Part shown: one piece after another, positions 54,072 through 62,468 of the stretch
How positions within the stretch are numbered: position 1 is the first letter of the stretch
How the letters are laid out: every line of letters begins with the position of its first letter
Assembly: GCA_050486305.1 (NCBI GenBank)
Contig: JBJHDA010000002.1
Span: 10,659 to 74,658 of the forward strand
DNA length: 64,000 nt
Direction: 5' to 3'
From: Candidatus Saccharimonadota bacterium
Lineage (GTDB): Bacteria; Patescibacteriota; Saccharimonadia; Saccharimonadales; SLHW01
Program-made: the position numbers and the translations under genes
The notes under the pieces: generated by a model
The model's input: only the letters and a program-made list of their open reading frames with translations
Database searches by the model: none
What the model was told of the DNA's origin: nothing

Positions 54072-54671
54072 ATGAATATTGTAGGGATTGCTGGCTTGCC
54101 GAGGAGTGGCAAGGATACGTTCGCGGAGTGGTACTTAGATGCCGGTTATTACGGCGTGTCTCTTGGAGACGTGGTTCGTGAGGAAGCACGCCACCGGCAT
54201 AAAGATAAACCTGATCCGATATCCGTCGCTCACATGACAGAGACAGCCAATCACCTCCGCCAGCAATTCGGCTCGGATGTGATTTTAAGGAAGGCCGTTG
54301 AGCAATTTCAGGCTGCTCAAACGGATAAATCGTATAAAGGGCTAGTACTCTACAGTATCCGTACACCGGTAGAGGCTGACTTTATTTTAAAGAATAGAGG
54401 ACGCTTGGTCTGGATTGAGGCAGCTGATGCGGTTCGATACGCTCGGGCAATCGAGTTTGCACGCGAGGGCGAGAGAACAGATATAGATATGGAAACGTTT
54501 TTAGCTCACGAGGCCTTGCAGTGGCAGCCGAAACCAGGCATACCAAAGGAAGCCCAAATGGATGTCTCGTATGTTAAAAGCCATGCTACCGATATAGTAG
54601 AAAATAATGAGAACGACATTGAAGGCTTTCGCCAGAAATACCTGGAGCTGATTGCTGCCGAGCGCTCGTGA
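54072..54671 (+). CDS. P-loop kinase resembling phage-T4-type deoxynucleoside-monophosphate kinase family
   Basis: P-loop reads IVGIAGLPRSGKDTFAEW. The G-x2-RSGKDT form is characteristic of the dNMP-kinase-like family. Confidence 0.4.
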   Translation: MNIVGIAGLPRSGKDTFAEWYLDAGYYGVSLGDVVREEARHRHKDKPDPISVAHMTETANHLRQQFGSDVILRKAVEQFQAAQTDKSYKGLVLYSIRTPVEADFILKNRGRLVWIEAADAVRYARAIEFAREGERTDIDMETFLAHEALQWQPKPGIPKEAQMDVSYVKSHATDIVENNENDIEGFRQKYLELIAAERS

Positions 54672-54709
54672 CAACTAGTATTCTGCCGAATCAGATATAA
54701 TAGAAGTTC

Positions 54710-55801
54710 ATGACAATGGATACAGCGCACTTTCAGAGCCGGCTGAAACAGTATCAGCAAGTCATCGATGACGATATAGCGTCATACGCTGATTCGTTGC
54801 GCGAAAGCATACGCGAACAATATGGAGCATACGCGGCGGTCGAGATCGATGCATATTTACAGATACTGGAACGAGGGGGTAAGCGTATAAGAGGTGCACT
54901 GACGATTGTCGGCTATGAGATGTCAGGGGGCACAGATACTGACATGATAGTAAAGGCCGCTCGTGTTATCGAAATGATGCACGCCTATATGTTGATTATT
55001 GACGATATTCAGGATGGATCGCTGATTCGCCGCGGCGGTCCAAGTGCGCACGCTCATTTAGCCACGCTTCACGAAGAGAAGAAATATAGTCAGTCTAGCG
55101 AGCATTTTGGGGTGTCGATTGCGCTTAATGCGGCTATCGCAGGAGCTCATGCTGCACAAATGATCCTGGCAAACATTGATGCGGATGAATCATTACGAAT
55201 TAAGGCAATCAGCATACTAAACAGAACGATTGCGATTACTGCGCATGGGCAAACGTACGATATTATGAATGAAGTTGTTCCAGAAGTAGAGCAAGCCGAT
55301 GTGGAACGAACACTTGAACTAAAAACTGCTTACTACACGGTACTTAACCCACTACATGTCGGTATGGTGTTGGCCGGTGCGGATTGTCATGCAACTGATG
55401 CTATTACTGATTACGCGGTTCATACTGGAAAAGCGTTTCAGATAACGGATGATCTACTCGGCGTCTACGGAACAGAAAAGGACAGCGGTAAGAATCCGCT
55501 TGATGATATACGTGAAGGCAAGCGCACCCTGCTTATTATCCATGCTCTTAAGCATTGCAGTGCAACTGATAAAAAATTTCTCCTGAGCGTGCTCGGGAAT
55601 AGTGACCTCACCCAAGAGCAGTTTGAATCAGTCCAGGAAATCCTAAAGACATGCGGTTCGTATACGTATGCGACGAAACAAGCCAGAAAGCACGTAGAGG
55701 CTGCGCTAGTCGCGCTTGAGGCTGAGGCACACCGTTGGGACGAGTCAGGCGTACGGTTCTTGCGCGGACTTACTCAGTACCTCCCGGGCCGTGCTGCCTG
55801 A
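54710..55801 (+). CDS. Polyprenyl synthetase (trans-isoprenyl diphosphate synthase; FPP/GGPP-synthase-like)
   Basis: First Asp-rich motif MLIIDDIQDGS. Second Asp-rich motif FQITDDLLGVYG. Confidence 0.75.
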   Translation: MTMDTAHFQSRLKQYQQVIDDDIASYADSLRESIREQYGAYAAVEIDAYLQILERGGKRIRGALTIVGYEMSGGTDTDMIVKAARVIEMMHAYMLIIDDIQDGSLIRRGGPSAHAHLATLHEEKKYSQSSEHFGVSIALNAAIAGAHAAQMILANIDADESLRIKAISILNRTIAITAHGQTYDIMNEVVPEVEQADVERTLELKTAYYTVLNPLHVGMVLAGADCHATDAITDYAVHTGKAFQITDDLLGVYGTEKDSGKNPLDDIREGKRTLLIIHALKHCSATDKKFLLSVLGNSDLTQEQFESVQEILKTCGSYTYATKQARKHVEAALVALEAEAHRWDESGVRFLRGLTQYLPGRAA

Positions 55802-55859
55802 GCGCCATATCGCTCATGCTCAGGAATGGACTCCCGGGGTGGTACACTTATAGGTACAT

Positions 55860-58502
55860 ATGGCAGGTGAAGCGAAAAAGTTAAAAAAACTGGCGATTAT
55901 TGACGGGAAGTCAGTTTTTTATCGTGGATATTACGCGATGAGCAATCTTGCCACGAAGGATGGTACGCCAACCGGTGGTGTATACGGCTTTGCGGTTATG
56001 GCGTTAGAGGTACTAAAAAAGCTTGACCCTGATTACGTCTGCGTCGCCTGGGATAAGTCAAAAACAAATATAAGAAAACGGCGAGAAATTTATTCTGAAT
56101 ATAAAGCGGGCAGAAAGCCGCCTCCACCGGATTTCTTTGAGCAAATACCAATTCTGCATGAGCTGCTGGATGCTTTCGGGTGGCCCTTGTATGAAATAGA
56201 TGATTATGAGGCGGATGACATCATGGGTGCTTTGGCCGTTCAGGCAACCGAGCAAGGGCATGAAACGATGCTAATCACGAGTGATCTGGATGCACTCCAG
56301 CTCCTTGATAAGGATGTACATGTTTACGCGCTGAAAAAAGGGTTAAGCAATATCGAGCTGTATAAGCCAGATTCATTTGAGAAAAAATACAGTATTAAGC
56401 CCAGTCAATTTCTTGACCTAAAAGCGTTGATGGGTGACTCGTCTGACAATATCCCCGGTGTTCCCGGAATCGGTCAGAAAACCGCAACCCAACTCCTGCA
56501 GGAGCATGGATCACTCGACGGTATTTATGAAAACCTTGATCTGATAAAAAATTCGACTCGGGAAAAACTCGAATCTGGCAAGAAGCTCGCCTACCTGAGT
56601 AAAAAACTTGCAAGCATTTGGACAGATGCGCCGATAAAGCTGGATGTCGCAACGATGAACGGCGACAGCGCAAAGCCCGACAAAATACAAAAAATATTCG
56701 CCAGGCTAGAGTTCCGCGGCTTACTGAAACAATTACCAGAGTCGCTGACAAAAGGAACAGCAGTGAAGGAACCGTTGCCATCCGATGTGCCAATCCATGC
56801 TGAGGCAATTGTTCGTATATCGTCAGATAAAGCACTGGAAAAAGAAAGATTCTCTGGTACCGTCTACCTCCATAGCCGGGCAAAAGGTGCACATGGGCGG
56901 CAACCGGAGTATATCTCGTTATCGACCGGAAAAGACGGCAAAACGTATGTTATCGAAGCTGACAGCATCAAGGCCGAAACGCTGGCAGCTTCGCTTAACG
57001 GTGTAACGGCGGTTGTGGGTCACGACGTAAAGTCCAGTCTGCAGGTACTGTACGAGCTTGGACTGCCATTGCCAGCTGTCGGGCATGATGTTTTCGTCGG
57101 GGCGTATTTGTTGAACTCGCTACGGCGCGAGCAGTCACTGACAGAGCTAGCGAGCAGTGATCTCGGTTATGACGGATCGTCATTCGAGTCGTTTTCCAGC
57201 GATGAGTATGCTGAGCGTGCTGGGGAGATAACTGCGGTTATCAAGGCGCTCCACGAGCAGCAACAGAAAGCCCTAAAGAGCGAGCCCAAGCTGGCAAAGC
57301 TGGCGGCAGAAATAGAGTGGCCAGTTATTCCAGTACTGGCTCGTATGGAGCACGCTGGCGTAAAGCTTGATACAGTTTATTTAAAGAAAATGTCGGTTGA
57401 GCTAGCGGACGATATAAATGATGTACAGCAAGAAATATTTGGGTTAGCGGATAAAGAATTTAATATAAATTCACCACAGCAGCTATCTGAAGTACTGTTT
57501 ACTGACCTTAAGCTGCCCACAGAGAACATAAAAAAAGGCAAAACAAATTACTCTACTGCGGCCAGCGAACTAGGTAAATTACGAGACCAGCATGCAATTA
57601 TTGAACTATTGCTTCGGTACCGTGAGTATACGAAGCTAAAGAGCACATATGTTGACGCCCTGCCAAAGCTTGTCGACGAACACTCTCGCCTCCATACGAC
57701 ATTTCATTTGACGATTGCTCAGACGGGTCGCTTAAGCTCCACTGACCCGAATCTGCAAAATATTCCCGTTCGTACAGAGCTAGGCAAGCGGATTCGCCGA
57801 GCCTTTATTGCCGAAGAAGGCAATGTACTGGTGAGCGCTGACTATTCTCAGTTCGAGCTCCGGCTCGCCGCATACTTAGCAAACGATAAAGAACTCATAA
57901 AATTATTTAACGATGGTGCTGATATCCATACTATGACCGCTTCGCAGATTTATGGCCGTGATCCGGAAGACGTGACAAAGACGATGCGACGTGACGCGAA
58001 AGTTATAAACTTTGGTGTTCTGTACGGAATGAGCCCGCACGGTCTTGTGGCGGCAACCGGTATGACCTACGAGGCGGCTAAAAAATTTATCGATACCTAT
58101 TTCGAGATCAGAAAACCGATACTCAACTACATCAATGAGCTGAAACGCAAGGCTAAAGAAGAGGGCTACGTCGAGACGCTTTTTGGCAGAAAACGGCCTA
58201 CTCCAGATATAAAATCGAGTAATTTTGTTGTTCGAAAAGCGGCTGAACGTGCAGCTGTTAACATGCCAATCCAAGGTACCGAAGCAGACATCATGAAGCT
58301 GGCAATGGTTGCCGTTGACGAAATTTTACCAGCCGGTGCTGTTCAGTTATTGCAGATTCACGATTCTATTTTGGTGGAATGTAAAGCAGCTGATGCTAGC
58401 GCTGTCGCGAAAGCCATGCAGCAAACCATGGAGAGCATTTATGAGCTTCCGGTGAAGCTGCAAGTAGATGTCTCGATAGGCAAGCATTGGGGAGAGCTAT
58501 AA
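55860..58502 (+). CDS. polA: DNA polymerase I
   Basis: 5'-3' exonuclease N-terminus (LAIIDGKSVFYRGYYA). Pol-A motifs RRDAKVINFGVLYGMS and QIHDSILVE. Confidence 0.9.
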   Translation: MAGEAKKLKKLAIIDGKSVFYRGYYAMSNLATKDGTPTGGVYGFAVMALEVLKKLDPDYVCVAWDKSKTNIRKRREIYSEYKAGRKPPPPDFFEQIPILHELLDAFGWPLYEIDDYEADDIMGALAVQATEQGHETMLITSDLDALQLLDKDVHVYALKKGLSNIELYKPDSFEKKYSIKPSQFLDLKALMGDSSDNIPGVPGIGQKTATQLLQEHGSLDGIYENLDLIKNSTREKLESGKKLAYLSKKLASIWTDAPIKLDVATMNGDSAKPDKIQKIFARLEFRGLLKQLPESLTKGTAVKEPLPSDVPIHAEAIVRISSDKALEKERFSGTVYLHSRAKGAHGRQPEYISLSTGKDGKTYVIEADSIKAETLAASLNGVTAVVGHDVKSSLQVLYELGLPLPAVGHDVFVGAYLLNSLRREQSLTELASSDLGYDGSSFESFSSDEYAERAGEITAVIKALHEQQQKALKSEPKLAKLAAEIEWPVIPVLARMEHAGVKLDTVYLKKMSVELADDINDVQQEIFGLADKEFNINSPQQLSEVLFTDLKLPTENIKKGKTNYSTAASELGKLRDQHAIIELLLRYREYTKLKSTYVDALPKLVDEHSRLHTTFHLTIAQTGRLSSTDPNLQNIPVRTELGKRIRRAFIAEEGNVLVSADYSQFELRLAAYLANDKELIKLFNDGADIHTMTASQIYGRDPEDVTKTMRRDAKVINFGVLYGMSPHGLVAATGMTYEAAKKFIDTYFEIRKPILNYINELKRKAKEEGYVETLFGRKRPTPDIKSSNFVVRKAAERAAVNMPIQGTEADIMKLAMVAVDEILPAGAVQLLQIHDSILVECKAADASAVAKAMQQTMESIYELPVKLQVDVSIGKHWGEL

Positions 58503-58553
58503 CACTGCTTCAGGAAGCTTGAAATTTGCTACAACAGTGGTATAATATAATGC

Positions 58554-59120
58554 ATGAAGTATCTTATCGGAGGCTTCGGTGTCGTGTTGGTGGTGGCTGC
58601 TATTTTAGCAGTCATTTTCGCTTTGATGGGGCGAGATGAAACCCCTAACGATGTTATGCCACGTGATATCACATTAACTGATCACGCAGACGCGAGCTCA
58701 GAAGTCTCATTCACGACGTATGGCAGGATTGTTGGTCAAGATGAATTTCAGGCGATACGGATTACTGTCAATCAGAGCCAGCGGACGCTGGATATATTAA
58801 GTGGCTACGAGCTTTCAGTCGAAGAGAGGGTGCAGTTCTCTAATACAGCGGCTGCTTATGAGGCATTTTTGCACGCACTGGAAAATGTCCGTTTTACTGA
58901 TGTTATCGAAGGAGAACCAGAGCGAGAGGACGGCAAGTGTCCGACGGTCAGACGGCATGTATACCATTTGCGGGTTGATGGCGATGCACGGCTCCGTACC
59001 TGGTCAAGCCCGTGTCGGGGTGAGCGTGGAAATTTTGGTGGCGAGCGAAGGGCTGTTGAGCGTCTGTTCCAAGAGCAGATCACCGACTACCGGGATCACA
59101 CACGAGGCATTCGGTTGTAG
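58554..59120 (+). CDS. Hypothetical N-terminally anchored protein
   Basis: ORF track; TM helix LIGGFGVVLVVAAILAVIFAL. Confidence 0.35.
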   Translation: MKYLIGGFGVVLVVAAILAVIFALMGRDETPNDVMPRDITLTDHADASSEVSFTTYGRIVGQDEFQAIRITVNQSQRTLDILSGYELSVEERVQFSNTAAAYEAFLHALENVRFTDVIEGEPEREDGKCPTVRRHVYHLRVDGDARLRTWSSPCRGERGNFGGERRAVERLFQEQITDYRDHTRGIRL

Positions 59121-59149
59121 TCTATTGTGTTCTCGCGGTACAGTATACG

Positions 59150-59725
59150 GTGATGATACGTGCAATAGTGTTTGATTGCTTTGGTGTGTTGGCAAAAAGC
59201 AACACATGGGATGATTTTTGGAATGTTTTGCCTCCAGATATTGATGAGCAGGCAATCTACACGATTCATCATGAATATGATGCCGGCAAACTGACGAAGG
59301 ATGAATTTGTGTACCGGCTGCACGATCTAACTGGGCATGAGCCAGAATTTATCGAAGAAGCTGCCTCAGTAGAAGGCATGAAGAACGTCGCATTACTACG
59401 CTATATAAAATCACTCCGGGTCAGAGGACATAAGATCGGGCTTTTGAGCAATATTGCGAGCGATTGGGTAACCAAAGATTTTCTTACTACCGATGAGCAG
59501 AAGCTGTTTGACGCGATGGTGTTTTCTTTCGAGGTTGGTATGACGAAGCCAGATCCAGCAATCTTTCAGTTGACGTGCCAGCGACTCGGCGTAACGCCAG
59601 CCGAAACAGTATTCATTGATGATATGCAGACGAACGTTACCGGAGCGCGCGATATCGGGAGCAAAGCAATTTGTTACACCAGTCTGCCGCAAATGAAAGA
59701 AGAGCTTAACACGTTGCTTAATTAA
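59150..59725 (+). CDS. HAD-superfamily hydrolase (subfamily IA-like)
   Basis: MIRAIVFDCFGVL (motif I), LLSNIASD (motif II region), FIDDMQTNVTGARDIG (motif IV). Confidence 0.7.
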   Translation: MMIRAIVFDCFGVLAKSNTWDDFWNVLPPDIDEQAIYTIHHEYDAGKLTKDEFVYRLHDLTGHEPEFIEEAASVEGMKNVALLRYIKSLRVRGHKIGLLSNIASDWVTKDFLTTDEQKLFDAMVFSFEVGMTKPDPAIFQLTCQRLGVTPAETVFIDDMQTNVTGARDIGSKAICYTSLPQMKEELNTLLN

Positions 59726-59966
59726 CGGAGCCGATGCGAATTACGAGCTTTCTTGCACCCCCGCATAGCTGATGAAGCTCATGGAGCCGAAGCTGCAATT
59801 GGCTCGCCAGGGCACCACTGTTCACGGTAATGGCGATTGACTCATGGTAGATTGTAACCTGGCAATTTTCTTGAAATTCTCGAGCAACGAAATCTTTAAT
59901 AACAGCGATCTCTTCCGGCTGTTTTTGTGGCCGACTGCCGCGCAAGATTGAGCTGACACTATCCAT
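59718..59966 (-). CDS. DciA-like (DUF721) protein, candidate replicative-helicase loader
   Basis: Track ORF 59718..60101 would overlap the divergent mutM start, so the Met at 59966 was chosen. Pattern VTIYHESIAITVNSGALASQLQLRLHELHQLCG resembles DUF721. Confidence 0.35.
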   Translation of the reverse strand: MDSVSSILRGSRPQKQPEEIAVIKDFVAREFQENCQVTIYHESIAITVNSGALASQLQLRLHELHQLCGGARKLVIRIGSVN

Positions 59967-60017
59967 ATCCAGCAGTATAGTAAAAAAGCCAAACAGCAGA
60001 AAGGTATAATAGACAGC

Positions 60018-60914
60018 ATGCCGGAACTTCCTGAGGTTGAAACAGTACGCAGAGGCTTGGATGCGCTTGTGCCAGGCCAGCGTATTCGTGATGTTGAGCA
60101 CGATTGGACGAAGAGCTTTCCGAACGCACAGGTTGATGTTCAGCGCTATTTAATCGGCGCCCAAGTGCTTCGTATCCGGCGGCGAGCTAAAGTGCTGATT
60201 GTCGATCTTGATACGAAATACAGCCTCATTATTCACTTAAAGATGACTGGTCAGCTTGTTTTTATTGGGAAAACAGAGGCGGCACAAACAGAAAATGTGC
60301 GGTTTGGGGCCGGTCATCCAACTGATAGTCTAGTTGGCAGCCTGCCAGATAACTCAACTCGTGTTTCGTTAACATTCCAAAGCGGCGACAAGCTGTACTT
60401 TAATGACCAGCGTAAGTTCGGCTGGGTAAAACTAATGCCCACGATTGAGATCCCGAACATTGATTTTTTCCGTAAGGTCGGGCCAGAGCCGCTTGAAGCG
60501 TCATTTACTGAAGCGGTGTTTCGTGCTCAGCTTGCACGGCGGAAAAACTCGACCATCAAAGCCGCCCTATTAGACCAAACCGTAGTTGCTGGGGTCGGCA
60601 ATATTTACGCAGATGAATCGCTGTGGGCTGCCAGGATACACCCCGCTACACGAGTGAATGAAGTTTCCGATGACGCGCTGGATACATTATTTTCTAAACT
60701 GCGGCTCGTTTTACAAAAAGCTATTGACGCGGGCGGCTCAACGGATAAGAATTATGTAAACGCCGAGGGGAAGAGAGGGGGCTATCTCTCGTTTGCCGAA
60801 GTCTTTCGGCGTGAAGGAAAAGCGTGCAGCCGCTGCGGCTCAATTATAGAAAAAATCCGCGTGGCAGGGAGAGGTACTCATATTTGTTCAGAATGCCAGA
60901 AAGTACGAAAATGA
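60018..60914 (+). CDS. mutM: Formamidopyrimidine-DNA glycosylase (Fpg/MutM)
   Basis: N-terminal MPELPEVETVRRGL. C-terminal zinc finger CSRCGSIIEKIRVAGRGTHICSECQ. Confidence 0.9.
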   Translation: MPELPEVETVRRGLDALVPGQRIRDVEHDWTKSFPNAQVDVQRYLIGAQVLRIRRRAKVLIVDLDTKYSLIIHLKMTGQLVFIGKTEAAQTENVRFGAGHPTDSLVGSLPDNSTRVSLTFQSGDKLYFNDQRKFGWVKLMPTIEIPNIDFFRKVGPEPLEASFTEAVFRAQLARRKNSTIKAALLDQTVVAGVGNIYADESLWAARIHPATRVNEVSDDALDTLFSKLRLVLQKAIDAGGSTDKNYVNAEGKRGGYLSFAEVFRREGKACSRCGSIIEKIRVAGRGTHICSECQKVRK

Positions 60915-61846
60915 TATATACATTAACCGGGTCGAATAATTTTTTGTTAAAGCAGAAGCTTAAACAGCTGACATCCGCGTTTGTTGATGCGTATGGCGAC
61001 CATGAGTTTGAGCGGCTGGATGGCGAAGAGACGGAGTTGCCAGACTTGCAGGCAAGGCTGCACAGCGTGCCTTTTTTCTCAGATAAAAAATGTATCGTTG
61101 TGTATGAACCTGGTCAAATTGCCGGATTCCGCGATAAGTATGAACAGGTACTTTCTTCTGCCAATGATGCAATCGACGTTATTTTAGTCGAATCAAAGCT
61201 TGATAAAAGACTTGCTTACGCGAAATACTTAAAAAAGCATACGGAGTTTCAGCAGTTTGACGAGCTGGATGAAAGCGCGCTGTCGCGTTGGCTGGTTGAG
61301 GCTGCGAAGGATAGAGGAGCTAGCTTGAAGCAGTCTGACGCAGTGTATCTTATTCAGCGTGTCGGCACTGATCAGCATTTATTATTCAACGAGATTGAAA
61401 AGCTTACATCGTATAGTTTGCACATCACACGCGAAACCATAAATATGTTGAGTGAACCGGCGCCGCAAAGCAGCATTTTTGAGCTGATTGATGCAGCGTT
61501 CTCCGGCAAGGTGACTCGGGCACTTCAGCTGTATGACGATCAACGCGCCCAAAAAGTAGAGCCGCAAGTAATCCTTTCTATGTTGGCGCGGCAGCTGCAT
61601 ATTATCGCGCTTACAAAGGCTGCGCCAAAGACGAAGACAAGGCAGCAGATAGCACAAGATAGCGGTCTGCATCCGTACGTCATACAAAAAGCGATGGAAA
61701 GTTCACGCTCGTTAAGCAGCCGCAGCATAAAGCACTGTATTTCAGAGCTGCTCGATATTGATAAGCGACTGAAAAGTCAGGCAATCAATGCAGATGAAGC
61801 GCTTCGCTCATATGTCGTAATACTCGCTCATGCCCAGAACGGATAG
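60911..61846 (+). CDS. holA: DNA polymerase III delta subunit (HolA)
   Basis: The ATG overlaps the mutM stop (ATGA). LHSVPFFSDKKCIVVYEP and subsequent helical domains match the delta subunit pattern. Divergent from rpsT as in many bacteria. Confidence 0.65.
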   Translation: MIYTLTGSNNFLLKQKLKQLTSAFVDAYGDHEFERLDGEETELPDLQARLHSVPFFSDKKCIVVYEPGQIAGFRDKYEQVLSSANDAIDVILVESKLDKRLAYAKYLKKHTEFQQFDELDESALSRWLVEAAKDRGASLKQSDAVYLIQRVGTDQHLLFNEIEKLTSYSLHITRETINMLSEPAPQSSIFELIDAAFSGKVTRALQLYDDQRAQKVEPQVILSMLARQLHIIALTKAAPKTKTRQQIAQDSGLHPYVIQKAMESSRSLSSRSIKHCISELLDIDKRLKSQAINADEALRSYVVILAHAQNG

Positions 61847-61874
61847 ATGAATATAGTACCTGGGTAAAGCGGCA

Positions 61875-62303
61875 CTATTTTTTTGTGGACTTTTTGGTTG
61901 CCGGCTTTTTAGCTGCTGGTTTTTTGGCGGCCGTCTTTTTTGCGGCAGGCTTCTTGGCCGTTGCTGCTTTCTTAGGTGCGGCTGCCTTTTTCGCCGGGGC
62001 TTTTTTAGCTGTACTGGCCGCCTTTTTCGTACCGGTAGCGAGTTTAACGCCTGCTGCCTTCGCTTCGTTGGCTAGCTGGCTTTTCTTTCGGGCGGCTCGG
62101 TTTTTTTGCAGAAGTCCTTTTTTTACAGCGATGTCGATTGTTTTTTGTGCTTCTGACAGGGCAGCTGCACTGTCTTTGCGCGTCGTGAGGCTGGCGCGGA
62201 ATTCTTTGATAGCTGTTCGCATCGTGCGCTTTGTTTTGGCATTACGAATCGTCGCTTTCTTAGCTGATCGGACTCGTTTTTTTGCAGATTGAATAATGGG
62301 CAT
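61875..62303 (-). CDS. rpsT: Ribosomal protein S20 with ~50-aa Lys/Ala-rich histone-H1-like C-terminal extension
   Basis: MPIIQSAKKRVRSAKKATIRNAKTKRTMRTAIKEF...KTIDIAVKKGLLQKNRAARKKSQLA, then KKAAAPKKAATAKKPAAKKTAAKKPAAKKPATKKSTKK. Confidence 0.85.
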   Translation of the reverse strand: MPIIQSAKKRVRSAKKATIRNAKTKRTMRTAIKEFRASLTTRKDSAAALSEAQKTIDIAVKKGLLQKNRAARKKSQLANEAKAAGVKLATGTKKAASTAKKAPAKKAAAPKKAATAKKPAAKKTAAKKPAAKKPATKKSTKK

Positions 62304-62468
62304 AGCTTAGATAGTTCCTTTTCTTTAAATGATTAACAAGCTGGCTTTTTATCGGACTTGAATGTATCACTGTTTTACGCGTTTGTAAAGTGATTTGCCT
62401 CTGTTTGCTTTATGCTTTTTTTGCAACGGTCAAAAAGTAGTAGACAGCAAACAGTTATATGTAGTAAT

